A stretch of 64,000 bases of DNA from Thermodesulfobacteriota bacterium (GTDB lineage Bacteria > Desulfobacterota_D > UBA1144 > Nemesobacterales > Nemesobacteraceae): the NCBI GenBank assembly GCA_965202785.1, contig OZ241855.1:1536001-1600000 (forward strand), read 5' to 3'. Of this stretch, positions 28,473 to 38,483 are shown piece by piece. The notes beneath the pieces are model-generated. The model had not been told where the DNA came from. It searched no databases and saw only the letters and a list, made by a program, of their open reading frames with translations. Every line of letters begins with the position of its first letter. Positions within the stretch are counted from its first letter, which is position 1. Made by a program: the position numbers and the translations under genes.

Positions 28473-29375
28473 ATGGTAAACGAACAGAAGAGTCTCCTTA
28501 CATACAAGACTGAAGATGGATTCGAAGTGAATTCTCTCCTTGTCACCCCGGAGTTCGCATCAGAAGAAGATCTTTACGAATCTCCCATAATCATAAACCT
28601 CTACGGAGTATTGGGGCACTTCCTCACCAGGGGGACCCCTGTTAGGCTTCCCCCGCTCCTCAGGGAAAAAAATATAAGCACGCTTTCTGTAAACACCCGT
28701 ATGGCGTTTATGGGTCAGATAATGGGCGAGGGGATTTTTCCTAAAACGATTCATGAAATGAAAGAATCGGTGAATATTCTTCAAAAAGAAGGATTTCGCA
28801 ACATTTTCATGCTGGGCTACAGTCTAGGGGCTAACATGGCTGTCTACTACGCGTCCCAGACTGATTCTTCCGGAATAAAAGGGCTTATACTTGAAGGGTG
28901 TTCTTACTCTCTGCCGTATTCACAGCAAAGAAGGCTTGAGAAAAACAGGAGCATTCCATCCTATGACGATATTTATCTGAAAGCCAGAGAAGTTCTGGGT
29001 CCGAATCCGGAGAAAAAGAAAAACGACCAGGTATTTATCGTCTACAGGGCCTGGGGGGATTCTTTCAATCCCGTTGATGGAGAGATGTTTACTTACAGAA
29101 CTTGGTGGTTCATGAGAGGACCCCAGGCCTACCATGCGAAAACCTGTGAAATTATAGAAGATGTGAAGGTTCCCGTTCTCTTTATCCACGGAGAAAACGA
29201 CGACATCGTTGATGTGTGGGAACCCAAGGAACTTAAAAACATAATGAATCAGGCGGGCAACGAAGATGTAACGCTACGCTACATACCGGGAGCGAAACAC
29301 GACTGCGTAGAGAATCCTAAAGACTCGATAGATGCCATAACGAAGTGGATATCGGAAGTTAATGCGAAGATATAA
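28473..29375 (+). CDS. Alpha/beta hydrolase, paralog 2
   Basis: GYSLG, HGEND and GAKH motifs; colinear with paralog 1. Confidence 0.85.
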   Translation: MVNEQKSLLTYKTEDGFEVNSLLVTPEFASEEDLYESPIIINLYGVLGHFLTRGTPVRLPPLLREKNISTLSVNTRMAFMGQIMGEGIFPKTIHEMKESVNILQKEGFRNIFMLGYSLGANMAVYYASQTDSSGIKGLILEGCSYSLPYSQQRRLEKNRSIPSYDDIYLKAREVLGPNPEKKKNDQVFIVYRAWGDSFNPVDGEMFTYRTWWFMRGPQAYHAKTCEIIEDVKVPVLFIHGENDDIVDVWEPKELKNIMNQAGNEDVTLRYIPGAKHDCVENPKDSIDAITKWISEVNAKI

Positions 29376-29567
29376 AATCGGATGAGTTCTGCGTTTGGGT
29401 CTCGGGATTCTGGGAATTGAACCGGAATATGGAATTAAGTTTGCTTTTTTGTTCTTGAAAAAAGGGAAACTTTATATATCTTACAACTCCTTTAATAAAA
29501 CAGTTGACTTTTCCCTGGATTTTTACTCATAAATCTGTAGGCAACAGGGAATTTGGAGGCGACGACC

Positions 29568-31127
29568 ATGTCCGAGAATTTTTCAATCGAAAAGGAGCTT
29601 TCGGAAAAACACCAGCTTAAGAAACCTTCGGGAGTATATTACAACCTTTCCGTTCCCAGGCTTTACGAAGAGGCGATCAAGAGAAACGAAGGACACATTG
29701 GTGAGAGTGGAACTTTTGTAGGCTACACTTCTCCTCATACTGGAAGATCCCCCAAGGACAGATTTGTGGTAAAGGAGCCTTCCACGGAAAAGAATATAGA
29801 CTGGGGAGCAGTAAACCAGCCCGTATCACCAGAGGTTTTTGATCACTTTTACGAGGAAGTGATGGATTACTTCGAAGGCAAGGATGTTTTCGTAAGAGAC
29901 CTTCAGGTTTGCGCTCATCCGAACTACAGAACAAACGTGAGGGTGATTAATGAATTCGCCTGGCACAATCTTTTCGTAAATAATCTCTTCATAAGACCTG
30001 ACGCTTCTGAGCTTCCGCATGAGGAAGTGGGTTTTACCGTCATTTCAGCCCCGGGTTTCAAGGCAGACAACCCGGAGAAATACGGTCTTAACAGCGAAAC
30101 TTTCATATTCCTTAACCTAAGCCGAAGAATTGCCCTTATCGGTGGTACACGCTACGCGGGAGAGATGAAAAAATCCGTTTTTGCCGCCATGAATTTTCTT
30201 CTGCCGGAAAGAGATGTTTTTCCGATGCACTGTTCGGCAAACATTGGAAAAGACGAAAATGTGGCGCTTTTCTTCGGATTGTCGGGAACTGGCAAAACCA
30301 CGCTTTCCGCTGATCCCGAAAGGGCGCTTATCGGAGATGACGAACATGGCTGGTTTGACGAAGGAGTTTTTAATTTCGAGGGTGGCTGTTATGCGAAGAC
30401 CATAAAGCTTAGTCCGACCACGGAACCCGAAATTTACCAGGCGGCCCTTAATTTCGGCTCGGTCCTTGAGAACGTCGAACTCGATTTGGAAACGGGAAAA
30501 ATAGATTTTGACAGCGACAGATATACGGAGAACACTCGCGGGGCATACCAGATTGATATGCTCGAAAATATTGTTCCGGAAGGAGTAGGCGGCATTCCAA
30601 AAAGCATTTTTATGCTGACCTATGATGCTTTCGGAGTTCTGCCTCCTATATCAAAGCTTGATTCTGACCAAGCCATGCGCTATTTCCTTCTGGGTTACAC
30701 GGCGAAAGTTGCCGGCACCGAGAGGGGAGTGAGCAAGCCTCAGGCGACTTTCAGTTCATGTTTCGGCTCTCCTTTCCTTCCAAGACCCCCGAAATTCTAC
30801 GGAGCGATGCTGAAAGAGAGAATGGAAAAGCATAAGGCAAACGTCTGGCTTCTGAATACGGGGATTTCCGGCGGGCCTTTCGGGGTCGGCAAAAGAATGC
30901 CTCTTCCGTCCACAAGAGCTCTTGTTACAGCAGCGGTAAGCGGTTTGCTCGACGACAGAGAGTTTGTCAAAATTCCCATACTTGATCTGTCCGTGCCGAT
31001 TGATTGTCCTGGAGTTGATTCGACCCTTCTGCAGCCTCGACTCTCATGGGATGACCCGGATGAATACGACCGCAAGGCTCGTACTCTGTCAGACCTTTTC
31101 GAAGAGGAATACGAAAAATATATCTAG
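29568..31127 (+). CDS. pckA: Phosphoenolpyruvate carboxykinase (ATP)
   Basis: TGRSPKDR, GLSGTGKTTLS, LIGDDEHGW and NFEGGCYAK motifs. Confidence 0.97.
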   Translation: MSENFSIEKELSEKHQLKKPSGVYYNLSVPRLYEEAIKRNEGHIGESGTFVGYTSPHTGRSPKDRFVVKEPSTEKNIDWGAVNQPVSPEVFDHFYEEVMDYFEGKDVFVRDLQVCAHPNYRTNVRVINEFAWHNLFVNNLFIRPDASELPHEEVGFTVISAPGFKADNPEKYGLNSETFIFLNLSRRIALIGGTRYAGEMKKSVFAAMNFLLPERDVFPMHCSANIGKDENVALFFGLSGTGKTTLSADPERALIGDDEHGWFDEGVFNFEGGCYAKTIKLSPTTEPEIYQAALNFGSVLENVELDLETGKIDFDSDRYTENTRGAYQIDMLENIVPEGVGGIPKSIFMLTYDAFGVLPPISKLDSDQAMRYFLLGYTAKVAGTERGVSKPQATFSSCFGSPFLPRPPKFYGAMLKERMEKHKANVWLLNTGISGGPFGVGKRMPLPSTRALVTAAVSGLLDDREFVKIPILDLSVPIDCPGVDSTLLQPRLSWDDPDEYDRKARTLSDLFEEEYEKYI

Positions 31128-31204
31128 AGTCCAAGCCGGTTTTAACTCATCGACTCGGTTCCGCGGTATAGAACACCTGGCAAATTGAGGACGAGGACTG
31201 GTTA

Positions 31205-31282
31205 TGGCGTCCCCGAGGGGATTTGAACCCCTGTTACCGGCGTGAAAGGCCGATGTCCTAGGCCTGACTAGACGACGGGGAC
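31205..31282 (-). tRNA. tRNA-Glu (TTC)
   Basis: Reverse complement GTCCCCG...CTTTCAC...GGTTCAAATCCCCTCGGGGACGCCA forms a cloverleaf with encoded CCA. Confidence 0.95.
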
Positions 31283-31291
31283 GGCAAGAAT

Positions 31292-31364
31292 TGAGCCGTA
31301 CAGGATTCGAACCTGTGACCCACTGCTTAAAAGGCAGTTGCTCTACCAGCTGAGCTAACGGCTC
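31292..31364 (-). tRNA. tRNA-Lys (TTT)
   Basis: Reverse complement GAGCCGTTAGCTCAG...CTTTTAA...GGTTCGAATCCTGTACGGCTCA; CCA not encoded. Confidence 0.95.
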
Positions 31365-31485
31365 AGAAGATGCCGTATTATATCACGGACCTTTTTCATG
31401 TCAAAAAACTGTAGTTGTCCTGATAGAAAGCATAAAATCATGTAAACTCCCTTTCTCACTTTCTTTTTTCAGGTCACCATTTAGG

Positions 31486-32652
31486 ATGTCTTTTGCACGA
31501 AAGTACAGAGATTTTTCCCTCGTCACTTTGGGAAATTTTTTCTTTTTCTGCAATTTCTCCTCTTTTTTCCTGCTTCCGCTTTTCATAACAGATATCGGGG
31601 GCGACGAGGCCCGCATAGGCTATGTCATGGGGACTTTTGGCATAACTTCAATAGGGGCTATCCCATTCGTAGCCTTCCTGATAGACCACTACGGGCGAAG
31701 AAGATTCATGCTTGCGGGTTCTTCTCTGATGTTTCTGGTTTCCCTTCTCTATATTTTCATATCGGATATTGACGTGAAAATATTCCTCCTGAGGCTCATG
31801 CAGGGAATAGCTTTCGCCTTTTTCTTCACCTCGGCCGCTACGGCGGTTTCCGATTATGTTCCCAGTGAAACAAGGGCTTACGGACTCGGTATTTTCGGCG
31901 CCTTCACAATAGCTTCCTACTCGGTTGGACCTACTGTTGGAGAATTTATGATAGAAAGATTCGGCTACTCGGTCTTTTTTCTCTACACCTCTGTTTTCAG
32001 CCTGCTTGCCTTCATTCTCTGCTTCCTCTCTCGGGAGGGAAAGTTCAGGGTATCGGAGAAATCCATTTTCAGTGGCTTTTTCGACGTTGTTTTTTCCCCG
32101 AGGTTCCGTGTGCTTCTGCTGACCAACCTCATAATTGCCGTGGGACTTGGAAGCATGCTTAATTTCTTCTCCGTTTTTCTTGAGGAAAACGGAATTCATG
32201 TATGGAGCTTTTTTCTTACATATTCCGTAACCGTCATATTAATCAGAGTCCTGGGCGGGAAGCTCCCGGATATTGTCGAGAGAAGAAAAATAGCCCTGCC
32301 GTCAATGCTTATCATGGTTTCGTCCCTGCTGATGATCTTTTCCATAAACTCCACTTTGAGCGCTGTTCTGGTTTCTTTTGTCTTCAGCCTGGGTTACGGA
32401 ATTCTCTATCCCACCATAAGCGCGATGATTATCGACAGGGCGCTTGATGATGAAAGGGGAACGGCTATGGGCGCGTTTAACATGTCATTTAGCATCGGCA
32501 TAAACTTTTTTGCCTTCGCTCTCGGACTCATAGCGCGTGATTACGGTTTTTCGAACATGTATTCGGTAACGGGAATATTCATGTTTGCGGGGTGCATTAT
32601 CTTTACCTATAAATATTTTATAAGTGCAGGGAGGGCGAACCGTCTTTCATGA
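31486..32652 (+). CDS. MFS transporter
   Basis: About 12 TM segments and LIDHYGRRR motif A. Confidence 0.92.
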   Translation: MSFARKYRDFSLVTLGNFFFFCNFSSFFLLPLFITDIGGDEARIGYVMGTFGITSIGAIPFVAFLIDHYGRRRFMLAGSSLMFLVSLLYIFISDIDVKIFLLRLMQGIAFAFFFTSAATAVSDYVPSETRAYGLGIFGAFTIASYSVGPTVGEFMIERFGYSVFFLYTSVFSLLAFILCFLSREGKFRVSEKSIFSGFFDVVFSPRFRVLLLTNLIIAVGLGSMLNFFSVFLEENGIHVWSFFLTYSVTVILIRVLGGKLPDIVERRKIALPSMLIMVSSLLMIFSINSTLSAVLVSFVFSLGYGILYPTISAMIIDRALDDERGTAMGAFNMSFSIGINFFAFALGLIARDYGFSNMYSVTGIFMFAGCIIFTYKYFISAGRANRLS

Positions 32653-33440
32653 AAATAAAATCCGGCGATACCATTCTCCTCGTTTCACCTGACAACAAAA
32701 GCTTCATGGTGGTGGTGGAAGAGGGCAAGTCCTTCAGCTCTCACATGGGAATACTCGACCTTTCGTCCGCGCTGGGAAAGAAATGGGGAGAGACGATAGT
32801 TTCAAACCTTGGAAACAATTTTGTGCTTCTTAACCCGACTGTGGAACAGAAAATCATGAAAGTGAGAAGGGCTACCCAGATCGTTTATCCAAAGGATGCG
32901 GCCTTGATTCTCTTTAAAACGGACGTTAGGGCGGGAACCAGGGTTGTTGAAGCCGCGACCGGTTCGGGAGCCCTTACCATTGCGCTTGCGAATTCGGTGG
33001 CCCCTTCCGGAAAAGTCTATACGTACGAGAAAAGAGAACAGTTCATGAATAATGCCAAAGACAACGTACGACGGGCGGGACTTTCTGAATACGTGGAATT
33101 TAACTGTGGCGATGCCAGAGAAGGTTTTAAGGAAAGAGAAGTCGACGTCGCGATACTTGATCTCCCTTCTCCATGGTATGGAATTCCAGCGGCTTACGAG
33201 GCTCTTGCCTCCGGAGGGAGAATCGCAAGCATTTCCCCAACATACAACCAGGTGGAAAGAACGGCCGAATCGCTTGAGGAAACGGGTTTTGTGAGAATCG
33301 AAACGGTTGAGCTTATAATGAGGAACTATCAGGTGAAAAAGGGGAAAACCCGCCCGGATAACAGAACCGTGGCACACACAGGATTTCTTACCTTCGCCTT
33401 CAAGGGAATAAGCGATGTTGAGGCTCGCGAATCAGAATGA
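32649..33440 (+). CDS. trmI: tRNA (adenine-N1)-methyltransferase, TrmI/GCD14 family
   Basis: RATQIVYPKD, EAATGSGALT, LDLPSPW and VAHTGFL motifs. Confidence 0.9.
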   Translation: MKIKSGDTILLVSPDNKSFMVVVEEGKSFSSHMGILDLSSALGKKWGETIVSNLGNNFVLLNPTVEQKIMKVRRATQIVYPKDAALILFKTDVRAGTRVVEAATGSGALTIALANSVAPSGKVYTYEKREQFMNNAKDNVRRAGLSEYVEFNCGDAREGFKEREVDVAILDLPSPWYGIPAAYEALASGGRIASISPTYNQVERTAESLEETGFVRIETVELIMRNYQVKKGKTRPDNRTVAHTGFLTFAFKGISDVEARESE

Positions 33441-34099
33441 CTAATGAACGACTTCTTATAGAAGGCGCAGATCAAATAGGCATTAAAGACATCAGAACCG
33501 ACCTTTTCCTCTCTTATGTTGATCTGCTAGGCAGGTGGGGCAGGCGCATAAACCTGAGTTCGGTTCTCACTGACCGGGAAATCATAATCAAGCACCTGAT
33601 TGATTCCCTTACAGTGGCTGAATTCATGCCTCCCGGCTCAAGGGTGATTGATATAGGAACGGGGGCCGGTTTTCCCGGAATTCCGCTTTATATCTACGAT
33701 CCGTCCCTTAACCTTACGCTTCTCGAGTCGGTTGGAAAGAAAGTTGCTTTTTTAAAGGACGTGAAAAGATCTCTGGGACTCAACGGCATTGATATTCACC
33801 ATGGGAGAGCCGAGGAAGTGGATAGAGGGATGGGAGGGGCTTTTGACCGGATTACGTCCCGAGCTCTTGGGAGCGTTAGTACTGTCGTGGCTCTCGGTAC
33901 TCCTTATCTGGATATAGAAGGGGAGATGGTTATAATGAAGGGACCCCGGGGAAAGAAGGAATGGAAAAGTTACGCGGACCGGTATCCGGAAGACATGGAA
34001 CTTCTTCTGACAAAAGAACTTGAACTGCCTTTTTCAGGTGAGAAAAGGGTGATCATCGTCGCAAAGCCGATATCTCAGCAGATGGAGACGGAAGTTTGA
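33437..34099 (+). CDS. rsmG: 16S rRNA m7G527 methyltransferase
   Basis: HLIDSL, DIGTGAGFPGIPL and SRAL motifs. Confidence 0.93.
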   Translation: MTNERLLIEGADQIGIKDIRTDLFLSYVDLLGRWGRRINLSSVLTDREIIIKHLIDSLTVAEFMPPGSRVIDIGTGAGFPGIPLYIYDPSLNLTLLESVGKKVAFLKDVKRSLGLNGIDIHHGRAEEVDRGMGGAFDRITSRALGSVSTVVALGTPYLDIEGEMVIMKGPRGKKEWKSYADRYPEDMELLLTKELELPFSGEKRVIIVAKPISQQMETEV

Positions 34100-34950
34100 A
34101 AACCATAGGAGTAATAGGCGGAAGCGGTCTTTATGAAATCGAGGGGATTTCGGACGTTAAAACCGTTTCCGCGGAGACTCCATGGGGCAAACCCTCTTCA
34201 AGCCTGCTTACAGGAACCCTCGGCGGCGTGCGAATGGTTTTTCTTCCAAGGCACGGAACAGGACACACGGTATCCCCGTCTGAGATAAACTTCCGGGCGA
34301 ATATATACGCAATGAAGGCTATGGGAGTCGAGTGGATTATATCTGTAAGTGCCGTGGGCAGCTTGAAGGAGGAAATAGAACCGGGGCACATAGTGATACC
34401 TGATCAGTTCATTGACAACACCAAGCGGAGGCCTTCCACGTTCTTTGAAGGCGGTATAGTAGCCCACGTTTCAATGGCCGATCCGGTGTGCTCCGTGCTA
34501 TCGGGCTGCCTGCGGGAAGCATCGCTTGACTTCGGCGGGACGACCCACTCGGGAGGAACTTACGTCTGCATAGAGGGTCCTCAGTTCTCTACCAGGGCGG
34601 AGAGCCACCTGTACAGAAAATGGGGAGCGGACATAATAGGAATGACCGCAATGCCGGAAGCGAAACTTGCCAGGGAAGCCGAGATCTGCTATTCCACAAT
34701 AGCCCTTTGCACCGATTATGACTGCTGGAATGAAGACCATGACGACGTCATTGTTTCGGACATAATTGAAATCATGAATAAAAACGTTGAAGCGGCAAAA
34801 AAAATAGTGGCTGCCGTAGTTGATGCTATCCCTGAAGAAAGAGAATGTCCTTGCGGGGATGCCCTGGGTCACTCTATAATAACGTCCTCTGACTGCGTAA
34901 CCGAAGAAACCAGGGACAGGTTTGAACTTATTGTGAAAAAATACATGTAG
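34096..34950 (+). CDS. mtnP: S-methyl-5'-thioadenosine phosphorylase
   Basis: IGGSGLY, PRHG, EGPQFSTRAES and TDYDCW motifs. Confidence 0.93.
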   Translation: MKTIGVIGGSGLYEIEGISDVKTVSAETPWGKPSSSLLTGTLGGVRMVFLPRHGTGHTVSPSEINFRANIYAMKAMGVEWIISVSAVGSLKEEIEPGHIVIPDQFIDNTKRRPSTFFEGGIVAHVSMADPVCSVLSGCLREASLDFGGTTHSGGTYVCIEGPQFSTRAESHLYRKWGADIIGMTAMPEAKLAREAEICYSTIALCTDYDCWNEDHDDVIVSDIIEIMNKNVEAAKKIVAAVVDAIPEERECPCGDALGHSIITSSDCVTEETRDRFELIVKKYM

Positions 34951-34958
34951 AGGTCTGA

Positions 34959-35861
34959 ATGAGTATTGTCGTTGTAGGGTCAGTAGGAATTGACACCATA
35001 GAAACCCCTTTTGGAAGAGAAGAAAATGTTCTCGGCGGATCCGCCTGTTATTTCTCTCTGGCGGCCCGGAACTTTACGGATGTTCACATGGTCTCCTCCG
35101 TTGGAGAAGATTTTCCCCCAGCCCATTCCGAGCTGCTTCGCTCAAGGGGCATTGATACGGAGGGAGTAGCGGTCAGTGAAGGAGAAACCTTCAGATGGGA
35201 AGGCAGGTACGAGTATGACATGAAGGATCCCGAAACCGTCTCAGTCACCCTTGGTGTTCTGGGATCGTTTGATCCCGTGGTTCCCGAGAAGTCCAGAGAT
35301 GCCAACTATCTTTTCCTGGCCAACACGGATCCTGAGATTCAGATGAAGGTCCTTGAGCAGGTGAGCTCGCCCCGTGTCGTGGCCTGCGACACCATGAATT
35401 TCTGGATAGACAACAAAGTGGAGCAACTTAAAGAACTCCTTGGCAGAGTCAATATTCTCATAATAAACGACTCTGAAGCAAGGCAGCTATCCGAAGAACC
35501 ATTGATGGCCAGAGCGGCGAGAAAGATAATGGACATGGGACCGGAATTCCTGATCGTGAAAAGAGGGGAGTACGGGGCCTTGCTTTTTTCCCGGGAGGAC
35601 CTGTTCTTCGCCCCCAGCTACATGCTTGAGCAGGTGCTTGACCCGACTGGAGCGGGGGACACTTTTGCCGGGGGATTCATGGGTTACGTAGCGTCTCGAG
35701 GTAAGGATCTTGACTTTGCCGGTTTTAAAAAAGGGGTTGCCTACGGAAGCGTTCTGGCTTCCTTTACGGTTGAGGATTTCAGCGTAAGACGTCTTGGTTC
35801 GCTGCAGAAAGAGGAAATAGAGCGAAGATACGAAGAGTTTCTGAAACTCTCAAGCATGTAG
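34959..35861 (+). CDS. PfkB-family carbohydrate/nucleoside kinase
   Basis: LGGSA and DPTGAGDTFAGG motifs. Confidence 0.92.
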   Translation: MSIVVVGSVGIDTIETPFGREENVLGGSACYFSLAARNFTDVHMVSSVGEDFPPAHSELLRSRGIDTEGVAVSEGETFRWEGRYEYDMKDPETVSVTLGVLGSFDPVVPEKSRDANYLFLANTDPEIQMKVLEQVSSPRVVACDTMNFWIDNKVEQLKELLGRVNILIINDSEARQLSEEPLMARAARKIMDMGPEFLIVKRGEYGALLFSREDLFFAPSYMLEQVLDPTGAGDTFAGGFMGYVASRGKDLDFAGFKKGVAYGSVLASFTVEDFSVRRLGSLQKEEIERRYEEFLKLSSM

Positions 35862-35869
35862 AAGAGAAA

Positions 35870-36133
35870 TCAGCTCAGGGACTTTACGTATTTCATTCGG
35901 ATGTTGTAAATCATGTCGTCAAGGAGTTGCTTTTCCTCTTCCGTCAGGTTCCCTTCGGTTTTTTCCGCGAGTATCTCAAGTATGGTTATGGTGTGCTTGG
36001 CGGCCGGAATGTTAACTTCTCTTTTTTTTGAGTGGGGGTCGGGAATTTCACCCAAGTGAATGAGGGCCGAGGCGTTTAACGAGAGAATAAACCCCGAAAA
36101 GTCCATCTTTAATTCGTCTTTTTCACCGCTCAC
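35870..36133 (-). CDS. DUF1844 domain protein
   Basis: FILSL..ALIHLG..AKHTI..KTEGNLTEEE..MKYV. Confidence 0.8.
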   Translation of the reverse strand: MSGEKDELKMDFSGFILSLNASALIHLGEIPDPHSKKREVNIPAAKHTITILEILAEKTEGNLTEEEKQLLDDMIYNIRMKYVKSLS

Positions 36134-36180
36134 GATAAACCACTCTCCTTGCAGGTAAGTTCTTAACGTCGTTGGATCAA

Positions 36181-37128
36181 TTATAGATACTGGAGAAGTT
36201 TTTTTCTAGGGTCGTAGGGATATTTCTCTTTAAACTCGTCCATGAGTTTTTTCACGTGCTCACCGGATTCCTCCGGCATTGCTATCTGGACAACTACGAA
36301 CTGGTCTCCCCGTCTGCCGGTCTTGGGATTTCTCACTCCCTTTTCCCTGAGCCTCATTTTCGTGCCGCTTCCCACGCCTGGCGGGATAGTAAGTTTTACA
36401 GGACTCTCTATGGTCGGCACATCGATCAGCGTTCCCAGGGCCGCCTCATAGACCGTCAGCGGAACATCAATATATATATCGTCGTTCTCTCTTTTGAAAA
36501 CAGGATGGGAGAGGACCTTTATTTCGAGAATAAGATCTCCGGCCATGGAATTTATTTGTTCGCCCTTGCCCGGCAATCTTACCTTGGAACCGGTTTTTAC
36601 TCCCGCCGGAATCTTGACCGTTATTTTCTTGGTTCCGCCCTCCGGGGACTTAACCAGAAGCTCTTTCTCTCCCCCTTTTACCGCGGTTTCAAAATCAAGG
36701 GTTACGGTATGCTGGATGTTTTTCGGTCTTCTCGGCTGCTGTCGCACGTTGCTGAAATCAAAAACATCTCCGAAATTCCCCCTCGCTCCACCCATGCCGT
36801 ACGCCCCGCCCCCCTGCGAAAAAATATCTTTGAAGATTTCGTCTATGTCCGGAAACCCTCGTGAATACTGCCTGTAGCTTCCTCCACCTGCTCTCTGCCC
36901 GCCAAAACCGCTTGTCCCGAACATGTCGTAAGTCTTTTTCTTCTCGGGATCGGAGAGGGTTTCGTAAGCGAGCTGAATTTCCTTGAACTTCTCCTCGGAC
37001 GCTTTGTCCCCCTGATTCATATCGGGGTGGTGTTTTCTCGCGAGGTCTCTGTACGCTTTTTTTATCTGGTCCTGCGTTGCGCTTCGCGGTACGCCGAGTA
37101 CGGTGTAAGGATCTTTTTCCGCGTTCAT
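36181..37128 (-). CDS. DnaJ-class (CbpA-like) co-chaperone without zinc finger
   Basis: J-domain HPD, G/F region and DnaJ C-terminal domain; no CxxCxGxG. Confidence 0.9.
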   Translation of the reverse strand: MNAEKDPYTVLGVPRSATQDQIKKAYRDLARKHHPDMNQGDKASEEKFKEIQLAYETLSDPEKKKTYDMFGTSGFGGQRAGGGSYRQYSRGFPDIDEIFKDIFSQGGGAYGMGGARGNFGDVFDFSNVRQQPRRPKNIQHTVTLDFETAVKGGEKELLVKSPEGGTKKITVKIPAGVKTGSKVRLPGKGEQINSMAGDLILEIKVLSHPVFKRENDDIYIDVPLTVYEAALGTLIDVPTIESPVKLTIPPGVGSGTKMRLREKGVRNPKTGRRGDQFVVVQIAMPEESGEHVKKLMDEFKEKYPYDPRKKLLQYL

Positions 37129-37413
37129 GAAGATAAAAACTCCGATTTTCTCATGCTCAATATAATAATACTTGAGATTAAAGGAAATTGATCAGGGATT
37201 TATATACTGGCTGCCCGCAGGATGTACCCTTTTTTTGGCTGTTGTGCCAGATTGCATTCGAGGAGTATTAAAGTAAGGGTCACGAAACGGAAGACAGGCG
37301 AGAAAATACGAGATCCCATAAGGAAGTTCAAACAATGAAAGAAGGGGAAACCCTTCTCTCAGCGGGAAAGCCGGCGTCTGATCGCACGAGCCGGCTTTGT
37401 TCAAAGTAGTACA

Positions 37414-38361
37414 GTGATGAGCAAGAAGAAAACTGTCGCCGTGACGGGCGCGGCCGGGTTCATCGGCTCAAGGCTGGTGGAGAGACTGGCGCAATCAGAC
37501 CATGTGGACAGCGTTATAGCGCTTGACTGTCTCCCGCTAGACATATCCCATCCGAAAGTCACGGCATTCAAGAAGGACATCCGGGAGTCCATTGCGGACA
37601 TTTTGCGAAAGCACCAGGTTGACGCGGTTATTCACTTGGCCTTTCTCTTGCGGCCCGGACATGACCGCAAGGCAGCGCACAGGGTGAATGTCAGCGGCAC
37701 GGCCCAGGTGATACATGACTGCTGGGCTGCCGGCATAAAACACCTTGTCTACCTCAGCAGCACCACTGTGTACGGTGCCCGTTCCGGGGCCGAGCAGCCA
37801 TATACCGAGGAATCGCCCGTCAGGCCCGTCCGGGGATTTCAGTACGCCGAGAACAAGGCCGCAGCGGAGCTCAAGCTTAGAACATTCGCAATGAACAGTC
37901 CCAGCTCCCGCGTCACCATACTGCGGGGGTGCACGGTAATGGCGCCCCAGTGCGAGAACTTCGTTACTGATGTCTTTTTCAGGCTGGCGAGCGTCCGCGT
38001 TCTCGGTGCCGATCCGCAGATGCAGTTTATCCATCTCGACGACCTGCTCGACGCCTTTGAACTGTGTCTGCTGAAGCCTGCCTGCGGGGTGTTCAACATC
38101 ACGGGAGAGGGGACCGTTGCCTATAGCGAGATTGCGAGCATTGCGGGTAGACGCTCGATTACCCTTCCGGCGTCGCTTCTCGCGGCCATCACGTGGGTAA
38201 CATGGATGCTGCGGCTGCAAAGCGATTCTCCCGCGTGCGGGATCGAGTACGCGAGATGGCCGTGGGTGGCCAGCAACGAGAAGCTTAGACGAGAAACCGG
38301 GTTCCGCCCAAAACACACTTCCCGGGAAGCGCTGATGAGCTCGGTGCTGGCAAACAGTTAA
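37414..38361 (+). CDS. NAD-dependent epimerase/dehydratase (extended SDR)
   Basis: TGAAGFIG, SSTTVYG and YAENK motifs; visibly GC-richer than flanks. Confidence 0.9.
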   Translation: MMSKKKTVAVTGAAGFIGSRLVERLAQSDHVDSVIALDCLPLDISHPKVTAFKKDIRESIADILRKHQVDAVIHLAFLLRPGHDRKAAHRVNVSGTAQVIHDCWAAGIKHLVYLSSTTVYGARSGAEQPYTEESPVRPVRGFQYAENKAAAELKLRTFAMNSPSSRVTILRGCTVMAPQCENFVTDVFFRLASVRVLGADPQMQFIHLDDLLDAFELCLLKPACGVFNITGEGTVAYSEIASIAGRRSITLPASLLAAITWVTWMLRLQSDSPACGIEYARWPWVASNEKLRRETGFRPKHTSREALMSSVLANS

Positions 38362-38483
38362 TTCCCATTGCCTTCATTCCGCAATCATAGTCTTCATATA
38401 CATGATTGAAAAACTGCCTGTATTCCTGATGGGAACCAATTGGCAACTTCTTTAAAACTGGCGAGGGTGGTTAAATTTGCCGG

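Noticed and set aside
31128-31364. tRNA genes as integration sites (also tRNA-fMet at 61419)
   Set aside because: No integrase or duplicated tRNA 3' end seen; core genes flank directly.
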